From contig CAWGLD010000005.1 in the NCBI GenBank assembly GCA_963823335.1, forward strand, positions 32,001 through 96,000: a stretch of DNA of 64,000 nucleotides. Reading direction: 5' to 3'. Under the pieces are notes generated by a model. The model was not told the DNA's origin. It saw only the letters and a list, made by a program, of their open reading frames with translations, and searched no databases. Every line of letters begins with the position of its first letter. Positions within the stretch are counted from its first letter, which is position 1. A program made the position numbers and the translations under genes. This document shows, piece after piece, positions 37,520 through 48,286 of the stretch. This stretch comes from an uncultured delta proteobacterium (GTDB lineage: Bacteria; Desulfobacterota; Desulfobacteria; Desulfobacterales; B30-G6).

Positions 37520-38998
37520 ATGTCCGAACTCATTTTATCCATCGACCAGGGCACCACGGGAACGATGGTGCTGCTCATGGATGAAGAACTCACTATTCGT
37601 GGGAAAGGGTATCGAGAACTCAGACAGATCTACCCAAAACCCGGATGGGTCGAACATGATCCTGCAGACATATGGGCGTCCGTTCTAGGAGCCATCGAAC
37701 AAGCAATTCAGACAGGCGGCGTGACAGCATCGGAGATTGTCGGCATCGGTATTACCAATCAGCGTGAAACCAACCTAATCTGGAACCGCGGGACCGGCCA
37801 GCCTTATCACAATGCCATTGTGTGGCAATGCCGCAGAACTTCCGGGATCGTCGAGGAGTTGAAAGCCAAAGGGCACGAAACACTGTTTCAGAAGAGAACC
37901 GGTCTTTTGCTGGATCCCTACTTCAGTGGCACCAAACTCAAATGGCAGCTCGATAACATCACCGGCCTGCGAAAGGAAGTTGAGGCTGAAAGGGCTATTG
38001 CCGGAACAGTAGACACTTTCCTGGTCTGGAAACTAACGCAAGGAAAAGCCCATGTCACAGACGTCACCAACGCCTCCAGAACCTTGCTCATGAATCTTGA
38101 AACCTTGTCGTGGGACGATGAACTTTGCTCGATTCTCCGTGTGCCGAAAAGCATGCTGCCCGAAATCCGGAGCTGTTCCGAGATATATGGACACACCCGG
38201 CGTGTACCGGGCTTACCGGATGGCATTCCAATCTGCGGCATAGCAGGTGATCAGCAGGCCGCCTTGTTTGGCCAGGCCTGCTTTGAAAAAGGTGAAGCAA
38301 AGTGTACTTATGGAACCGGCGGGTTTCTGTTGATGAATACCGGGTCAACCCCGGTGCCCAGCAAAAACAGACTTTTGACAACGGTAGCCTGGAAAGTCAA
38401 AGATACGGTCGCCTATGCGCTCGAAGGATCGGCATTTATCGCTGGATCAGCCGTAAAATGGCTTCGGGATGGCTTGCAGTTTTTTGATGAGGCCTCTCAG
38501 ATAGAAGCTTTGGCGAGTCAGGTGGCGGATTCCGGGGGGGTTACAGTGGTTCCGGCATTTGTTGGACTGGGAGCGCCGCACTGGCGTTCGGAGGCCAGAG
38601 GACTGATTTGCGGATTGACCCTCGGGACCCATCGCGGGCATGTGGCTAGGGCGACCTTGGAAGGAATTGCCTTGCAGAACGTAGAGATTTTGCAAGCCAT
38701 GATTGCGGACACCAAACAGCCGCTGGTGCAGCTCAAAGTGGATGGCGGTGCGAGCGCCAATAACCTGTTGATGCAGATGCAGGCCGATTTTCTAGGCTGC
38801 CGTATCGTCCGCCCAGAAATGGTCGAGACCACGGCGCTGGGAGCTGCGTTTCTGGCCGGTCTGGGGGCGGGTGTGTGGCGGAATTTTGATGACATCGCCA
38901 GGGCCTGGAAAATGGACCGGGATTTTCAACCCGGTATTGATGAGCAAGAACGTTTAGAGGCTCTTCGTCGATGGCGTGAGGCGGTTCTAAAGGCTTGA
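37520..38998 (+). CDS. glpK: Glycerol kinase
   Basis: DQGTTG, GITNQRET, DPYFSGTK, GDQQAALFGQ, KCTYGTG, LKVDGGA. Confidence 0.97.
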   Translation: MSELILSIDQGTTGTMVLLMDEELTIRGKGYRELRQIYPKPGWVEHDPADIWASVLGAIEQAIQTGGVTASEIVGIGITNQRETNLIWNRGTGQPYHNAIVWQCRRTSGIVEELKAKGHETLFQKRTGLLLDPYFSGTKLKWQLDNITGLRKEVEAERAIAGTVDTFLVWKLTQGKAHVTDVTNASRTLLMNLETLSWDDELCSILRVPKSMLPEIRSCSEIYGHTRRVPGLPDGIPICGIAGDQQAALFGQACFEKGEAKCTYGTGGFLLMNTGSTPVPSKNRLLTTVAWKVKDTVAYALEGSAFIAGSAVKWLRDGLQFFDEASQIEALASQVADSGGVTVVPAFVGLGAPHWRSEARGLICGLTLGTHRGHVARATLEGIALQNVEILQAMIADTKQPLVQLKVDGGASANNLLMQMQADFLGCRIVRPEMVETTALGAAFLAGLGAGVWRNFDDIARAWKMDRDFQPGIDEQERLEALRRWREAVLKA

Positions 38999-39293
38999 AC
39001 CCCTGATGATGTTCGCATCCTATGCCGTTTCAATCACAGGATCTTTTTCATCTGCAGCTAATGCGCGATGTTCCCCCAATTCTATTCACAGTAAATCAGG
39101 GATCACCTATCAGTCTTGGAGACTTACTTTTGTTTGGTTCTTATTCTGTTTGCCGTCACCCGCCGAAGCGCAAGTCGGAAGCCAAACGGAACATACTTAT
39201 GACAACGCTGTTCGTTTAAACAAAATGTTGCAATAATACGATGGCTGTGTTAATAAAACTAAACAATTGAACAACAAATAGATAGGTTCTAAT

Positions 39294-39947
39294 GTGAATT
39301 CAGCTGATTTTGAGGCAATTATTCAAAGAGTGTTTGAGGCCACGGGAATCGATTCCCAAAACGAATTGGCCCAGGCTCTTCAGATCAATCGCTCAGCGGT
39401 CACCCAGGCAAGGAAAAAGGGGCAGGTGCCGGATCGCTGGCTGCTTAAGCTGTACAGGAAATACGGCTTGAACCCGGAATGGCTGGAAAAAGGTGACGGG
39501 CGCACCTTCTTAAAAAAAAACAATAGCGGGGCAGTTTCGGAATTTGAAAGAATACCCAAAGTCCATGCCAGGCTTTGTGCGGGTGACGGGTCTTTTGAAA
39601 CGGATGGGGATATCCAGTGCTTTTATGCCTTTCAAAAGGACTGGTTGCGAAAAAGGGGTTCAGCTGGGGCCATGGTGTTGTTCGATATTTTTGGGAACAG
39701 CATGGAGCCGGAGATCAGAAGCGGTGATACTGTTTTGGTCGACCAAAGTCAGAAGGCGATCCTGGCCGGGGCGATGTATGCCGTCGGTATTGAAGATACC
39801 ATTATGGTGAAACGGATTGAGAAGCGACCCAATAAGCTGGTATTGTTGAGCAATCACATGGACTATCTCCCAATTATGCTCAATAGGGAAGATGCCGACG
39901 CGGTGAGGATTATCGGTAAGGTTATCTGGAGTTGCCGTGAAATTTAA
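39294..39947 (+). CDS. Phage CI/LexA-like repressor with S24 peptidase domain
   Basis: N-terminal HTH, Ala-Gly site LCAGDG, catalytic GNSMEP and VKR. Confidence 0.92.
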   Translation: MNSADFEAIIQRVFEATGIDSQNELAQALQINRSAVTQARKKGQVPDRWLLKLYRKYGLNPEWLEKGDGRTFLKKNNSGAVSEFERIPKVHARLCAGDGSFETDGDIQCFYAFQKDWLRKRGSAGAMVLFDIFGNSMEPEIRSGDTVLVDQSQKAILAGAMYAVGIEDTIMVKRIEKRPNKLVLLSNHMDYLPIMLNREDADAVRIIGKVIWSCREI

Positions 39948-40030
39948 ACAAATAGGATATTTAATTTTTGTTGGTATGTTCATATAAATAAACATCATGC
40001 ATAAATAAATTAAGCAAAGGAGACAGGAGA

Positions 40031-40183
40031 ATGACCGAGGATATGGTTCGGTGCCCCAAAGATTCAAAAATTATGTATCAACGGGATGTCTGTGAAAATG
40101 TTTTTCGCAAAGGAAATATCCGCTGCTGGTGTAAAACGTGTGAGGTATTTCAGGATGAAGAACTGGAGACGGAGGACCTGTAG
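40031..40183 (+). CDS. Small Cys-rich protein, 50 aa (absent from ORF track)
   Basis: AAGGAG/AGGAG upstream; MTEDMVRCPKDSKIMYQRDVCENVFRKGNIRCWCKTCEVFQDEELETEDL*. Confidence 0.7.
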   Translation: MTEDMVRCPKDSKIMYQRDVCENVFRKGNIRCWCKTCEVFQDEELETEDL

Positions 40184-40400
40184 CCCGAATTTTTATGTGA
40201 GATGCGCGGGCTGGCGACGTCCTCAATTTGAGTCTCTGTTCTTTGGATGGCGTTTTGATGACCGAATAAAACCAAGCCGGGGATTGACATGTAAGTCAGA
40301 TCGCAGGAAAGATCAAACCGGCTGAACATGAAATCGTTGACAACACAGATTGCTATCTGTTCTGTTCAGCCGGTTTGCGTGGATATATTGCAGGGCGTGT

Positions 40401-40574
40401 TTAATATTCAAAATGTTCTGGGCAGGTATCGGTCTTTATCAGCGCTTGTCCACAATGGGGGCAGAAAGGCGTGGCTATATTATGCTCATCGACACATGCT
40501 TCTTGTGGAATACTTAACACATAGGGTCCTACACCGTCGTAATTGCAAGCTTCTTCTGGACAGGAAAATTCCAT
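40401..40574 (-). CDS. Small zinc-ribbon-like protein, 57 aa (absent from ORF track)
   Basis: SD GGAG; MEFSCPEEACNYDGVGPYVLSIPQEACVDEHNIATPFCPHCGQALIKTDTCPEHFEY*. Confidence 0.75.
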   Translation of the reverse strand: MEFSCPEEACNYDGVGPYVLSIPQEACVDEHNIATPFCPHCGQALIKTDTCPEHFEY

Positions 40575-40946
40575 TGTTGTATCTCCATTTTTATGTTTTT
40601 ACCCGACAACGTCATCCGTCTCATACCCTATGTACATTGGGTATGCAAGCGTATTTTGTATGAAGGCAACGCCTTGATGTGTTACCGGATAGTCACTTCA
40701 AATAATTCCTTTTATTGTTATATTCACCTAACTTAAACAAAATAGTCACAGTTCCGTCAATGGCAAGTCTATTTCATTCTAAAAGATCAAAATCATGAAC
40801 CCATCTCAAAAATAGGATTTTGTTTCAAGATCAAGGCGATCTCAAGTTTCAACCCGCAGGAATACTTTTGTATTTTGAGGAGTTGAAACGAGAGAGCAAC
40901 ACAGAGATTGAGGCAAAAGACATTTTTGAGATAGGTTCATATAAAA

Positions 40947-41813
40947 ATGCATCAGGAGGAAATGGTGAAACACGAAGAAGGGTATATGAAAGGTATTCGG
41001 AATTCCAATATTTACTATCAACAATGGTTATCGGAAGATAAACCCAAAGCTATTCTTTTGATAGTACATGGACTGGCAGAACACAGTGGGCGATATATGA
41101 ATGTTGTCAATCACTTTGTTCCATTGGGCTATGCCGTGTATGGGATCGATCACATTGGACATGGGAAGTCAGATGGAGAGAGAGCGTATGTGGAGGGATT
41201 CCAGGATTACACCGACACCCTGAGCACCTACGTTGATATGATTCGCGATTGGCAGCCGGGAAAACCACTGTTTTTAATCGGGCACAGTATGGGTGGTTTG
41301 ATCGGGGGCGCCTACCTGCTGGAACATCAGCACGAATTTGCAGGCGCCGTTCTTTCCGGCCCGGGTATTAAGGTTCCTGATAATATATCGCAGACCGTCA
41401 TTTTCATAGGCAAGATACTGTCCAAGATATTGCCCAAGATCGGGATTCTGCAACTGGATTCAAAAGGCGTCAGCAGGGACCCGGCCGTGGTGGATGCATA
41501 CGTCAATGATCCTATGGTATATACGGGAAAAATCACGGCCCGGCTGGGTGCTGAAATGCTAAGGACAATGCAGGAAGTTACAGACAATGCAGCCCGGATA
41601 AAGCTGCCGCTGACAATTCTGCAGGGAAGCGAAGATATATTGATTGATCCGAGAGGCGCTCAATTGCTTTATGAATCTGTAAGCTCAGAGGATAAATCGA
41701 TCAAGATCTATGAGGGTCTTTACCATGAAGTGTTCAATGAGCCGGAGCACGAGCAAGTCTTGAATGATGTCCAGAAATGGATAGAAGCGCATCTCGGTAC
41801 AGGCGCAACATAG
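40947..41813 (+). CDS. Alpha/beta hydrolase (lysophospholipase/monoacylglycerol lipase-like); start may be 40962
   Basis: VHGLAEHSGRY, GHGKS, GHSMGG, YHEVFNE. Confidence 0.93.
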   Translation: MHQEEMVKHEEGYMKGIRNSNIYYQQWLSEDKPKAILLIVHGLAEHSGRYMNVVNHFVPLGYAVYGIDHIGHGKSDGERAYVEGFQDYTDTLSTYVDMIRDWQPGKPLFLIGHSMGGLIGGAYLLEHQHEFAGAVLSGPGIKVPDNISQTVIFIGKILSKILPKIGILQLDSKGVSRDPAVVDAYVNDPMVYTGKITARLGAEMLRTMQEVTDNAARIKLPLTILQGSEDILIDPRGAQLLYESVSSEDKSIKIYEGLYHEVFNEPEHEQVLNDVQKWIEAHLGTGAT

Positions 41814-41886
41814 AGCGCAAGAACGAGGTCTTATGAAACAGCCTTTTTTATGGCGCATAAGATCTTCATGGGAGTCCATAACCACA

Positions 41887-43434
41887 ATGGGAAAAAAGCA
41901 CCGGTTTTATAACAGCATATTCACACAGGCCGTTCTTATCGTGATCGGGTTTACGTTAGTCGCCCTGGTGATGAGCAGCTACCTTTTCCAGCAAAGTATG
42001 AGAATGGTAGCCATGAAAGAGGTGAAAAACAAGGCCACGATATTTCTTTCCGCCATGGAGACATCTTTACGCCGGCTTGTGATGAGCAGTGAGTCTGACC
42101 GCCTGACAGAATTGGTGGAAGAACGCGCAACCCTACTGGAAAGTGAGTTGAACTTTACAATTATCAGAATAATCGTGCTTGATCCCCAAGGTCAAATCCT
42201 GGACCACACCAGACCGGAGAAGATAGGACAGTCCCATTTGGACAGCGATTTTCAAAAAGTGATAAGCTCTAATCGTCTACTGATTAACCAGCAGGTCAAG
42301 ACCTTTGAACGGGAGCCTGGAAAACCGGAAATACAGGTCATTGAGATCACTTCTCCGGTTCGTAACCACCTGGGACATATAATAGCGGCTGTCAAAATCA
42401 TTCTCGATGTCAGGCGCACTCTTGAACTAATCCATGGGGAATATTGGCGCTATGGGAGAAGGGTGTTTTTCGGATTCTTTCTAGCTGCCGTTCTTCTGAT
42501 TTTGGGAACACTTTATTCCCTGAGTCGTCGAATTATTACCCCTGTGCTATCCGTCGCAGAAGCTTCGGCAAGGGTTGCCGCAGGGGATTTGGATACACGC
42601 CTTGTTTCCCTGGGTCAAGATGAGATCGGAAACTTGATACAATCGTTCAATCAAATGGTAGAAGGTCTAAAACATCGAGATCAGATGCGCCAATCACTGG
42701 AAATAGCCATGGAAGTTCAGCAAAATCTTCTGCCGAAAGACAATCCTGTTTTTGAGGGGCTGGATATTGCAGGTAAAAGTATTTACTGTGATGAGACGGG
42801 TGGAGATTATTACGATTTTTTTGAATTTGACGACCAGAGAACAGAAAAAATCGGAATTGTCTTAGGTGATGTTTCCGGGCACGGTATTTCCTCAGCCCTT
42901 CTGATGGCCACTGCCCGGGCATTTCTTCGTCAGCGGTCTGCCTTGCCCGGTACTATATCTCAGGTTATTTCAGATGTAAACCGGCAGCTTGCAAGAGATG
43001 TCGTAAACTCTGGCAGTTTCATGAGTATGTTTTATATGATCATCGATAGAACAAACAAAAGTTTAAAGTGGGTTCGTGCCGGGCACGATCCGGCCATATT
43101 TTATGACTCGAATACGGATGCAATATCGGAATTAAAAGGTGTCGGAATGGCACTGGGTATAGATGAAAACTGTCAGTATGGAGAAAATATAAAACAGAAT
43201 CTTGCAACCGGGCAGATTATCGTTCTTGGAACCGATGGTATTTGGGAGGCGCGTAACCCAAAAGGCGAAATGTTTGGGAAAGAACCTATCTTCACCATCA
43301 TCAGAGAAAAAGCCAATCTCAATGCCAAGTCGATTTTAAACACAATTATTGAATCATTAACAAAATTTAAGGAAAACTTTAGTCTTGAAGATGATGTTAC
43401 CTTAGTCGTAATAAAGATTTTGCCCAAATTCTAA
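41887..43434 (+). CDS. Membrane HAMP-SpoIIE (RsbU-like PP2C) phosphatase; start uncertain
   Basis: Two TM, HAMP, GGDYYD, GDVSGHG, RAGH, TDGIWE, DDVT. Confidence 0.93.
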   Translation: MGKKHRFYNSIFTQAVLIVIGFTLVALVMSSYLFQQSMRMVAMKEVKNKATIFLSAMETSLRRLVMSSESDRLTELVEERATLLESELNFTIIRIIVLDPQGQILDHTRPEKIGQSHLDSDFQKVISSNRLLINQQVKTFEREPGKPEIQVIEITSPVRNHLGHIIAAVKIILDVRRTLELIHGEYWRYGRRVFFGFFLAAVLLILGTLYSLSRRIITPVLSVAEASARVAAGDLDTRLVSLGQDEIGNLIQSFNQMVEGLKHRDQMRQSLEIAMEVQQNLLPKDNPVFEGLDIAGKSIYCDETGGDYYDFFEFDDQRTEKIGIVLGDVSGHGISSALLMATARAFLRQRSALPGTISQVISDVNRQLARDVVNSGSFMSMFYMIIDRTNKSLKWVRAGHDPAIFYDSNTDAISELKGVGMALGIDENCQYGENIKQNLATGQIIVLGTDGIWEARNPKGEMFGKEPIFTIIREKANLNAKSILNTIIESLTKFKENFSLEDDVTLVVIKILPKF

Positions 43435-43513
43435 TTCTAATCTAAATCCTCCACCCCTGGTGGAGGACCCGGAAAGGTTATAGAAGGGATTCCTTCACAA
43501 CAGGGGATAGCAA

Positions 43514-44761
43514 ATGATCGCAGAAATCCTTGCAACCGGTGACGAAATACGATCCGGAGCACTCATCGATTCGAATTCCGCTTATATCGCAGAAAAACTC
43601 GAGGAAATCGGGATACCGGTCACCCGTCACAGTTGTGTGGGAGACGATTTTGAAGCACTGGTTTCGATTCTAAAAGAAATCTCCACCCGGGTGGACATCT
43701 GTGTGGCTACCGGTGGCCTGGGACCCACGGCAGATGATCTTTCATCGGAGGCAGCTGCATCTGCAGCGGGAGAACCCCTTGTGCTGGACTCCAAAGCGCT
43801 TGCTGACATCGAAACTTTTTTCAGGCATCGCAAACGGGAGATGGCCGATTCAAACAGGAAACAGGCCCTCCTGCCGCGCAGTGCCGAAGCCATGTACAAC
43901 CCTGTCGGAACAGCACCTGGATTCAGCCTGAAGATCGAAAGGTGCATATTTTTCTTCCTTCCGGGTGTGCCGCCTGAAATGAAACACATGCTTTCCCATG
44001 AGGCACTTCCCAGAATTGAGAAGATGCCGGGGGCCACAAAGGAACACTGTCTTGTCAGGAACATTTCAACCTTTGGCTTGACCGAATCCGCAACCGGGGA
44101 AAAAGTGGCCGAGCTTGAAAATGAATTTCCTGGTATCAAGCTGGGATTACGGGCCAAATTTCCGGAAATTCATATCAAACTTTATTTAAATGGGCTGGAT
44201 CTGGCTGCCATGGAAACCAAGTTGGCATCGGCCTCAGAATGGATTTTATACCGACTGGGACAACATGTGCTGTCACTGGAGGGCGCATCCATGCAGGCCG
44301 TGGTGGGGGATCTTCTGAGAAAAAAGAGCGCGACCGTTGCAGTTGCCGAAAGCTGCACCGGGGGCCGAATCGCCAACTGGCTGACCGACGTACCCGGCAG
44401 TTCCGACTATTTTCTTTTTTCGGCTGTAAGCTATTCCAACCACGCCAAGACCAAGGTCTTGGGCGTCAGGCCTGATTTGTTGAAACAATACGGGGCTGTG
44501 CACGAGGAGACCGCCAAAGCCATGGCACAAGGCGCGCGTCTCGTATCAGGTGCGACGTATGCCATATCCACCACAGGGATCGCCGGGCCCACCGGAGGAT
44601 CCGATGACAAGCCCGTGGGGACGGTCTGCATCGGTCTGGCGACACCGGAAAAAGTAATGGCCAAGCGCTTCTATTTCCCCTTTGGACAGCGTTCCATGAA
44701 CAAAAGCATTTTCGGTATGGCGGCTTTGAATATGCTCAGAAAAGAATTGTTAAACCAATAG
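43514..44761 (+). CDS. cinA: CinA family protein (molybdopterin-binding plus NMN deamidase domain)
   Basis: TGDE...DSNS, TGGLGPT.DD, LPGVP, AESCTGG, TGIAGPTGG. Confidence 0.95.
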   Translation: MIAEILATGDEIRSGALIDSNSAYIAEKLEEIGIPVTRHSCVGDDFEALVSILKEISTRVDICVATGGLGPTADDLSSEAAASAAGEPLVLDSKALADIETFFRHRKREMADSNRKQALLPRSAEAMYNPVGTAPGFSLKIERCIFFFLPGVPPEMKHMLSHEALPRIEKMPGATKEHCLVRNISTFGLTESATGEKVAELENEFPGIKLGLRAKFPEIHIKLYLNGLDLAAMETKLASASEWILYRLGQHVLSLEGASMQAVVGDLLRKKSATVAVAESCTGGRIANWLTDVPGSSDYFLFSAVSYSNHAKTKVLGVRPDLLKQYGAVHEETAKAMAQGARLVSGATYAISTTGIAGPTGGSDDKPVGTVCIGLATPEKVMAKRFYFPFGQRSMNKSIFGMAALNMLRKELLNQ

Positions 44762-44853
44762 GGTTCAAGGGGTCGAGGATTCGAGGGTTCAAGTGGCGCT
44801 CCTCGCTGAGAGCTTTCACTCGAATCCTTGAACCCTCGAATTTTCGGACCCTT
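44761..44853. repeat. Octamer-based long inverted repeat
   Basis: gggttcaa ggggtcga ggattcga gggttcaa gtg ... cac tcgaatcc ttgaaccc tcgaattt tcggaccc; left-arm relative at 22423-22450. Confidence 0.8.
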
Positions 44854-44884
44854 CAATGTTTTATAGGGTAATTGGGAGTCATCC

Positions 44885-45730
44885 GTGACTATTATTATAA
44901 TTATTATCGGCACCATTGCATTCTACCTCCTATCCACATTTCTGCTGTCTTTTGTTGTGCAGCGAATTCCAAGAAATCCCATTGTGGATGAACCGGATTG
45001 GGGAAAGGTGATCGATACAAGGATACCTGCCACGGATGGCGGGTCCCTGGAGGTCTGGCGTGTCGAGCCGGATGGGGAATCTCAGGGAATCGTTGTTTTT
45101 GTACACGGCTGGGGTCGCAACCGGGACCGCATGGTTTACAGGGCCCGACTGTTTGCCGATCTCGGTTTTACCACGGTCATGCACAGCGCACGCGATCATG
45201 GTGGCTCCACCAAGTCGTGTATTGTCAATGCGGTCAAGTTTGCCGAAGATGTCGAGGAGGTTCTGAAGTGGATCAACCAACCTGTCATTTTATACGGCCA
45301 CTCGGCTGGTGCGGCAGGTGCTATCATTGCCGCCCACAGGAACCCCGAGAAAATTAGACGACTCTTTATAGAAGCGAGTTATGCCTATACCAAGGAAGGC
45401 TTGTTAAGTCTCTATACCTGGGTTAACCGGTTTTTCGGAAAAGCAATCGGTCCCATGATCATTTTCTGGTGGGAGCTATTGTATCCGGGTGCCATGGATC
45501 AATACAGCCCTGCCAATCTGGCACCTGCTCTTTGCATGCCCGTGATGATCATTCATGGCGAGAAAGATCAACGATTCCCGGTGGCATTTGCCCATACCCT
45601 GAAGCATCGCTTCCCGGCTGGCAAGGTGGATATGTATATTGCGCCTTGCGCCGGCCACAGTGATGCGAGTCTTACGCCCGGTTATTCGGAGGCTATCCGC
45701 TCCTTTCTCAATAGCCATGGTGAAAAATGA
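44885..45730 (+). CDS. Membrane-anchored alpha/beta hydrolase
   Basis: N-terminal TM, VHGWG, GHSAG, IHGEKD, AGH. Confidence 0.88.
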   Translation: MTIIIIIIGTIAFYLLSTFLLSFVVQRIPRNPIVDEPDWGKVIDTRIPATDGGSLEVWRVEPDGESQGIVVFVHGWGRNRDRMVYRARLFADLGFTTVMHSARDHGGSTKSCIVNAVKFAEDVEEVLKWINQPVILYGHSAGAAGAIIAAHRNPEKIRRLFIEASYAYTKEGLLSLYTWVNRFFGKAIGPMIIFWWELLYPGAMDQYSPANLAPALCMPVMIIHGEKDQRFPVAFAHTLKHRFPAGKVDMYIAPCAGHSDASLTPGYSEAIRSFLNSHGEK

Positions 45731-47028
45731 CGTCCGAATCGATATTGGCGGGATGGCTGGTGGATGGCAGCGGAGGGCCTGCCAGAGAGAATGTTTTGCT
45801 GACCATCGATAAGGGCACGATTACGCACATCGAGGAGGCAATTCCTGAAAAGACTTGTCAACTGGAAGTAACCGATTTTTCACATTGCACTTTGTTGCCG
45901 GGCCTGATCGATGCCCATATCCATCTTTTCATGTCAGGTACTGAGGATCTGGATATCAGAGATAAACAGTTGAACTTGACCTTTGATGACCTGATCGGTG
46001 GTATGGAAGAGCGACTTGGCAATTTAATTGCTTGCGGGATTGTGGCATGCAGGGATGGTGGAGACCGACATGCATATACCCTGAAGTATAAGATAGACCG
46101 TCTGGCCGGAAACGCATTTCCGCTGCACCTCAAAGTGGCGGGTGCCGCCTGGCACCAGATCGGTCGGTACGGTAAAATGATCGGCAACTCTCCCGGAATT
46201 TCTGAAAAACTGGGCCAGAGCATTTGTAAACAGATCCAGGGTATCGACCATATTAAGATCGTCAATTCCGGATTGAATAGTCTGGTACATTTCGGTAGAG
46301 AGACATCGCCTCAGTTTGATGTCCTGGAATTGCAGGACGCCATAACAATCGGTGAGGGCTTCGGTTGTAAAACCATGGTGCATGCCAATGGGAAAAAACC
46401 GGTTGAAGTTGCCCTGGAAGCAGGGTGTCATTCAATAGAGCATGGGTTTTTCATGGGGCAAGAAAATCTCAAACGGATGGCGGACAAGCAGATATTCTGG
46501 GTGCCCACAGCCGTGACCATGCAAGCCTATCGTGACACATTTGAGCGGCGGATCAAAAAAAACAGAATCCAGAGCCCTTCGATAGATCCATCCCTGGTGC
46601 GGATCGACAAGATGGTTGAGGTAGCTTCAAGAAATCTGGAGCACCAGTTGGAACAGATCCACCAGGCAAAAGGACTGGGGGTACCGATTGCAGTGGGAAC
46701 CGATTCAGGAAGTATCGGGGTTTACCATGGCGTGTCTGTAAAGGAGGAAATACGGTTGCTCATGATGGCGGGATTTTCAGGTCCGGAGGCCATTCAATGT
46801 GCAACACAGAACAACGCACGTCTGCTCAATTTAAAGAATTGCGGTCTGATCGCCAAGGGAACGGTGGCTACGTTTGTTGCCGTGGCCGGCCCGCCTCAGG
46901 ATCTGCCGGACAGCCTTGGCAGGATAGCGTATCTGTATATAAAGGGCAGTGAATATGGAAGAAGAGAAGAAATAAAGCAACAAGACATTTCCCGAACCAG
47001 TGGAGCAGGAACGACTAACATTGTATGA
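45727..47028 (+). CDS. Metal-dependent amidohydrolase
   Basis: LLPGLIDAHIH, MVHA, SIEHG, VGTDSG. Confidence 0.92.
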   Translation: MTSESILAGWLVDGSGGPARENVLLTIDKGTITHIEEAIPEKTCQLEVTDFSHCTLLPGLIDAHIHLFMSGTEDLDIRDKQLNLTFDDLIGGMEERLGNLIACGIVACRDGGDRHAYTLKYKIDRLAGNAFPLHLKVAGAAWHQIGRYGKMIGNSPGISEKLGQSICKQIQGIDHIKIVNSGLNSLVHFGRETSPQFDVLELQDAITIGEGFGCKTMVHANGKKPVEVALEAGCHSIEHGFFMGQENLKRMADKQIFWVPTAVTMQAYRDTFERRIKKNRIQSPSIDPSLVRIDKMVEVASRNLEHQLEQIHQAKGLGVPIAVGTDSGSIGVYHGVSVKEEIRLLMMAGFSGPEAIQCATQNNARLLNLKNCGLIAKGTVATFVAVAGPPQDLPDSLGRIAYLYIKGSEYGRREEIKQQDISRTSGAGTTNIV

Positions 47029-47062
47029 GTACGACAACACCAGCATTTGAAATTCTTTTGAC

Positions 47063-48286
47063 TTACAGGTTTTTTGCATGCGCCAGCATATTTTTGTTGA
47101 CGGCCAGACCCATCCCGGGCTGAACCAGATCATGCTGTTTTTCAACAAAAGGTAGATATACAAGGACAAAGCTTCTGGGTGTTATCTGGATATCCGGCAG
47201 GATGCTCATTACCTTTCGCCGGGGCTTGATAATACCGGACAAGGTCAATTTCAGACTTTCGAGAGCTTCTTTCAGGGGCAGGTTGACCGGGTGCAGGTTG
47301 CTGCTGGGTGTTCCCCGTAAAAATTTTCCGGCAGGTTGAGCAATGGTCATGGTTTGGGAAAGTTTGATAAAAAACTGTGGTCGAACTTTAAAAGCCAGAG
47401 CCCAGAAGTGAAATGCGGGATCCGGCATCCCGGGCTGGACAGTCTTGGGAAGATTGGCCTCCCGGACCAGATCGGCATAGGAGTTCAGTGCTATATTGGA
47501 GATATCTGCCTTGATACGCCAGAAGGGCAAATAGCGCAGATGTTCTCCTGCTCCTGCAAGATGGACAGCGGTGAGCTTGGAAAAGCCATTTTGGCCGGGT
47601 TTATACACCGATCTGCAATTGCCACATCCCAGCACCAGTGAATCCCGTTTTCCCTCAAGATCCCATCCACAATGCGGGCACAGGGTGGGCAGAAAACGAA
47701 GGTTCCAGTCGAGATGGTTACCGGCATACACGGAAGTGTCAAAATCGTCCGCAAGTTTTTTCGTAATTGGCTGGTTCAGGATTGCATCCACCAGACGTCC
47801 ATCAAAATAGAAGGGTGAATATATGATGCTGAGACTATCCCCGATGTTCGCCTGGTGGACAATGGGTCTGGAAAGCGAAGCATTGAAACGTTTGTCGACG
47901 ATATCGATCATCTTGGAAAACGACAGAGTGGTTGTGAGAAACCGGCCCTTTATTTCGGATGAGGCAAATCGGAGTTTTTGCGTCTGGCTGCGAAGACCTA
48001 CGGAAGAGGGGAACTGCTCGTCATCGATGGCCTTGTGACTGACATCCACCAGCTGGTGCTCCATCTTGCCGGCAAGACAGGAGAAGCGCATACCCTTAAA
48101 ACGCCAGTAGGGAACATATAAAAGCTCTTTATCTTCAGGCGCATTGCTCGGCAGCACGTAGCGAAATTGCGTGGTCTGTAGATATGATTTTACCCTGCAG
48201 TACTGGCATTGGAACAGCCTGTCGGTTTCTTCCAGGATTGCCGGGGCGCCACACTGGGGGCATTGGTGCTCGATCTGAAAACGGAT
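47063..48286 (-). CDS. Zinc-ribbon protein; probable non-canonical ATC start at 48286
   Basis: Frame extends 43 codons beyond the track start and includes CPQCG...CQYC; internal CPHCG...CGNC. Confidence 0.8.
   Translation of the reverse strand: MRFQIEHQCPQCGAPAILEETDRLFQCQYCRVKSYLQTTQFRYVLPSNAPEDKELLYVPYWRFKGMRFSCLAGKMEHQLVDVSHKAIDDEQFPSSVGLRSQTQKLRFASSEIKGRFLTTTLSFSKMIDIVDKRFNASLSRPIVHQANIGDSLSIIYSPFYFDGRLVDAILNQPITKKLADDFDTSVYAGNHLDWNLRFLPTLCPHCGWDLEGKRDSLVLGCGNCRSVYKPGQNGFSKLTAVHLAGAGEHLRYLPFWRIKADISNIALNSYADLVREANLPKTVQPGMPDPAFHFWALAFKVRPQFFIKLSQTMTIAQPAGKFLRGTPSSNLHPVNLPLKEALESLKLTLSGIIKPRRKVMSILPDIQITPRSFVLVYLPFVEKQHDLVQPGMGLAVNKNMLAHAKNL

Noticed and set aside
39294-39947. Prophage around the CI-like repressor
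   Set aside because: No integrase, cro, replication or structural genes nearby
40328-40663. 111-aa + strand ORF
   Set aside because: No SD or motif; the opposite strand has a better SD-led CxxC ORF
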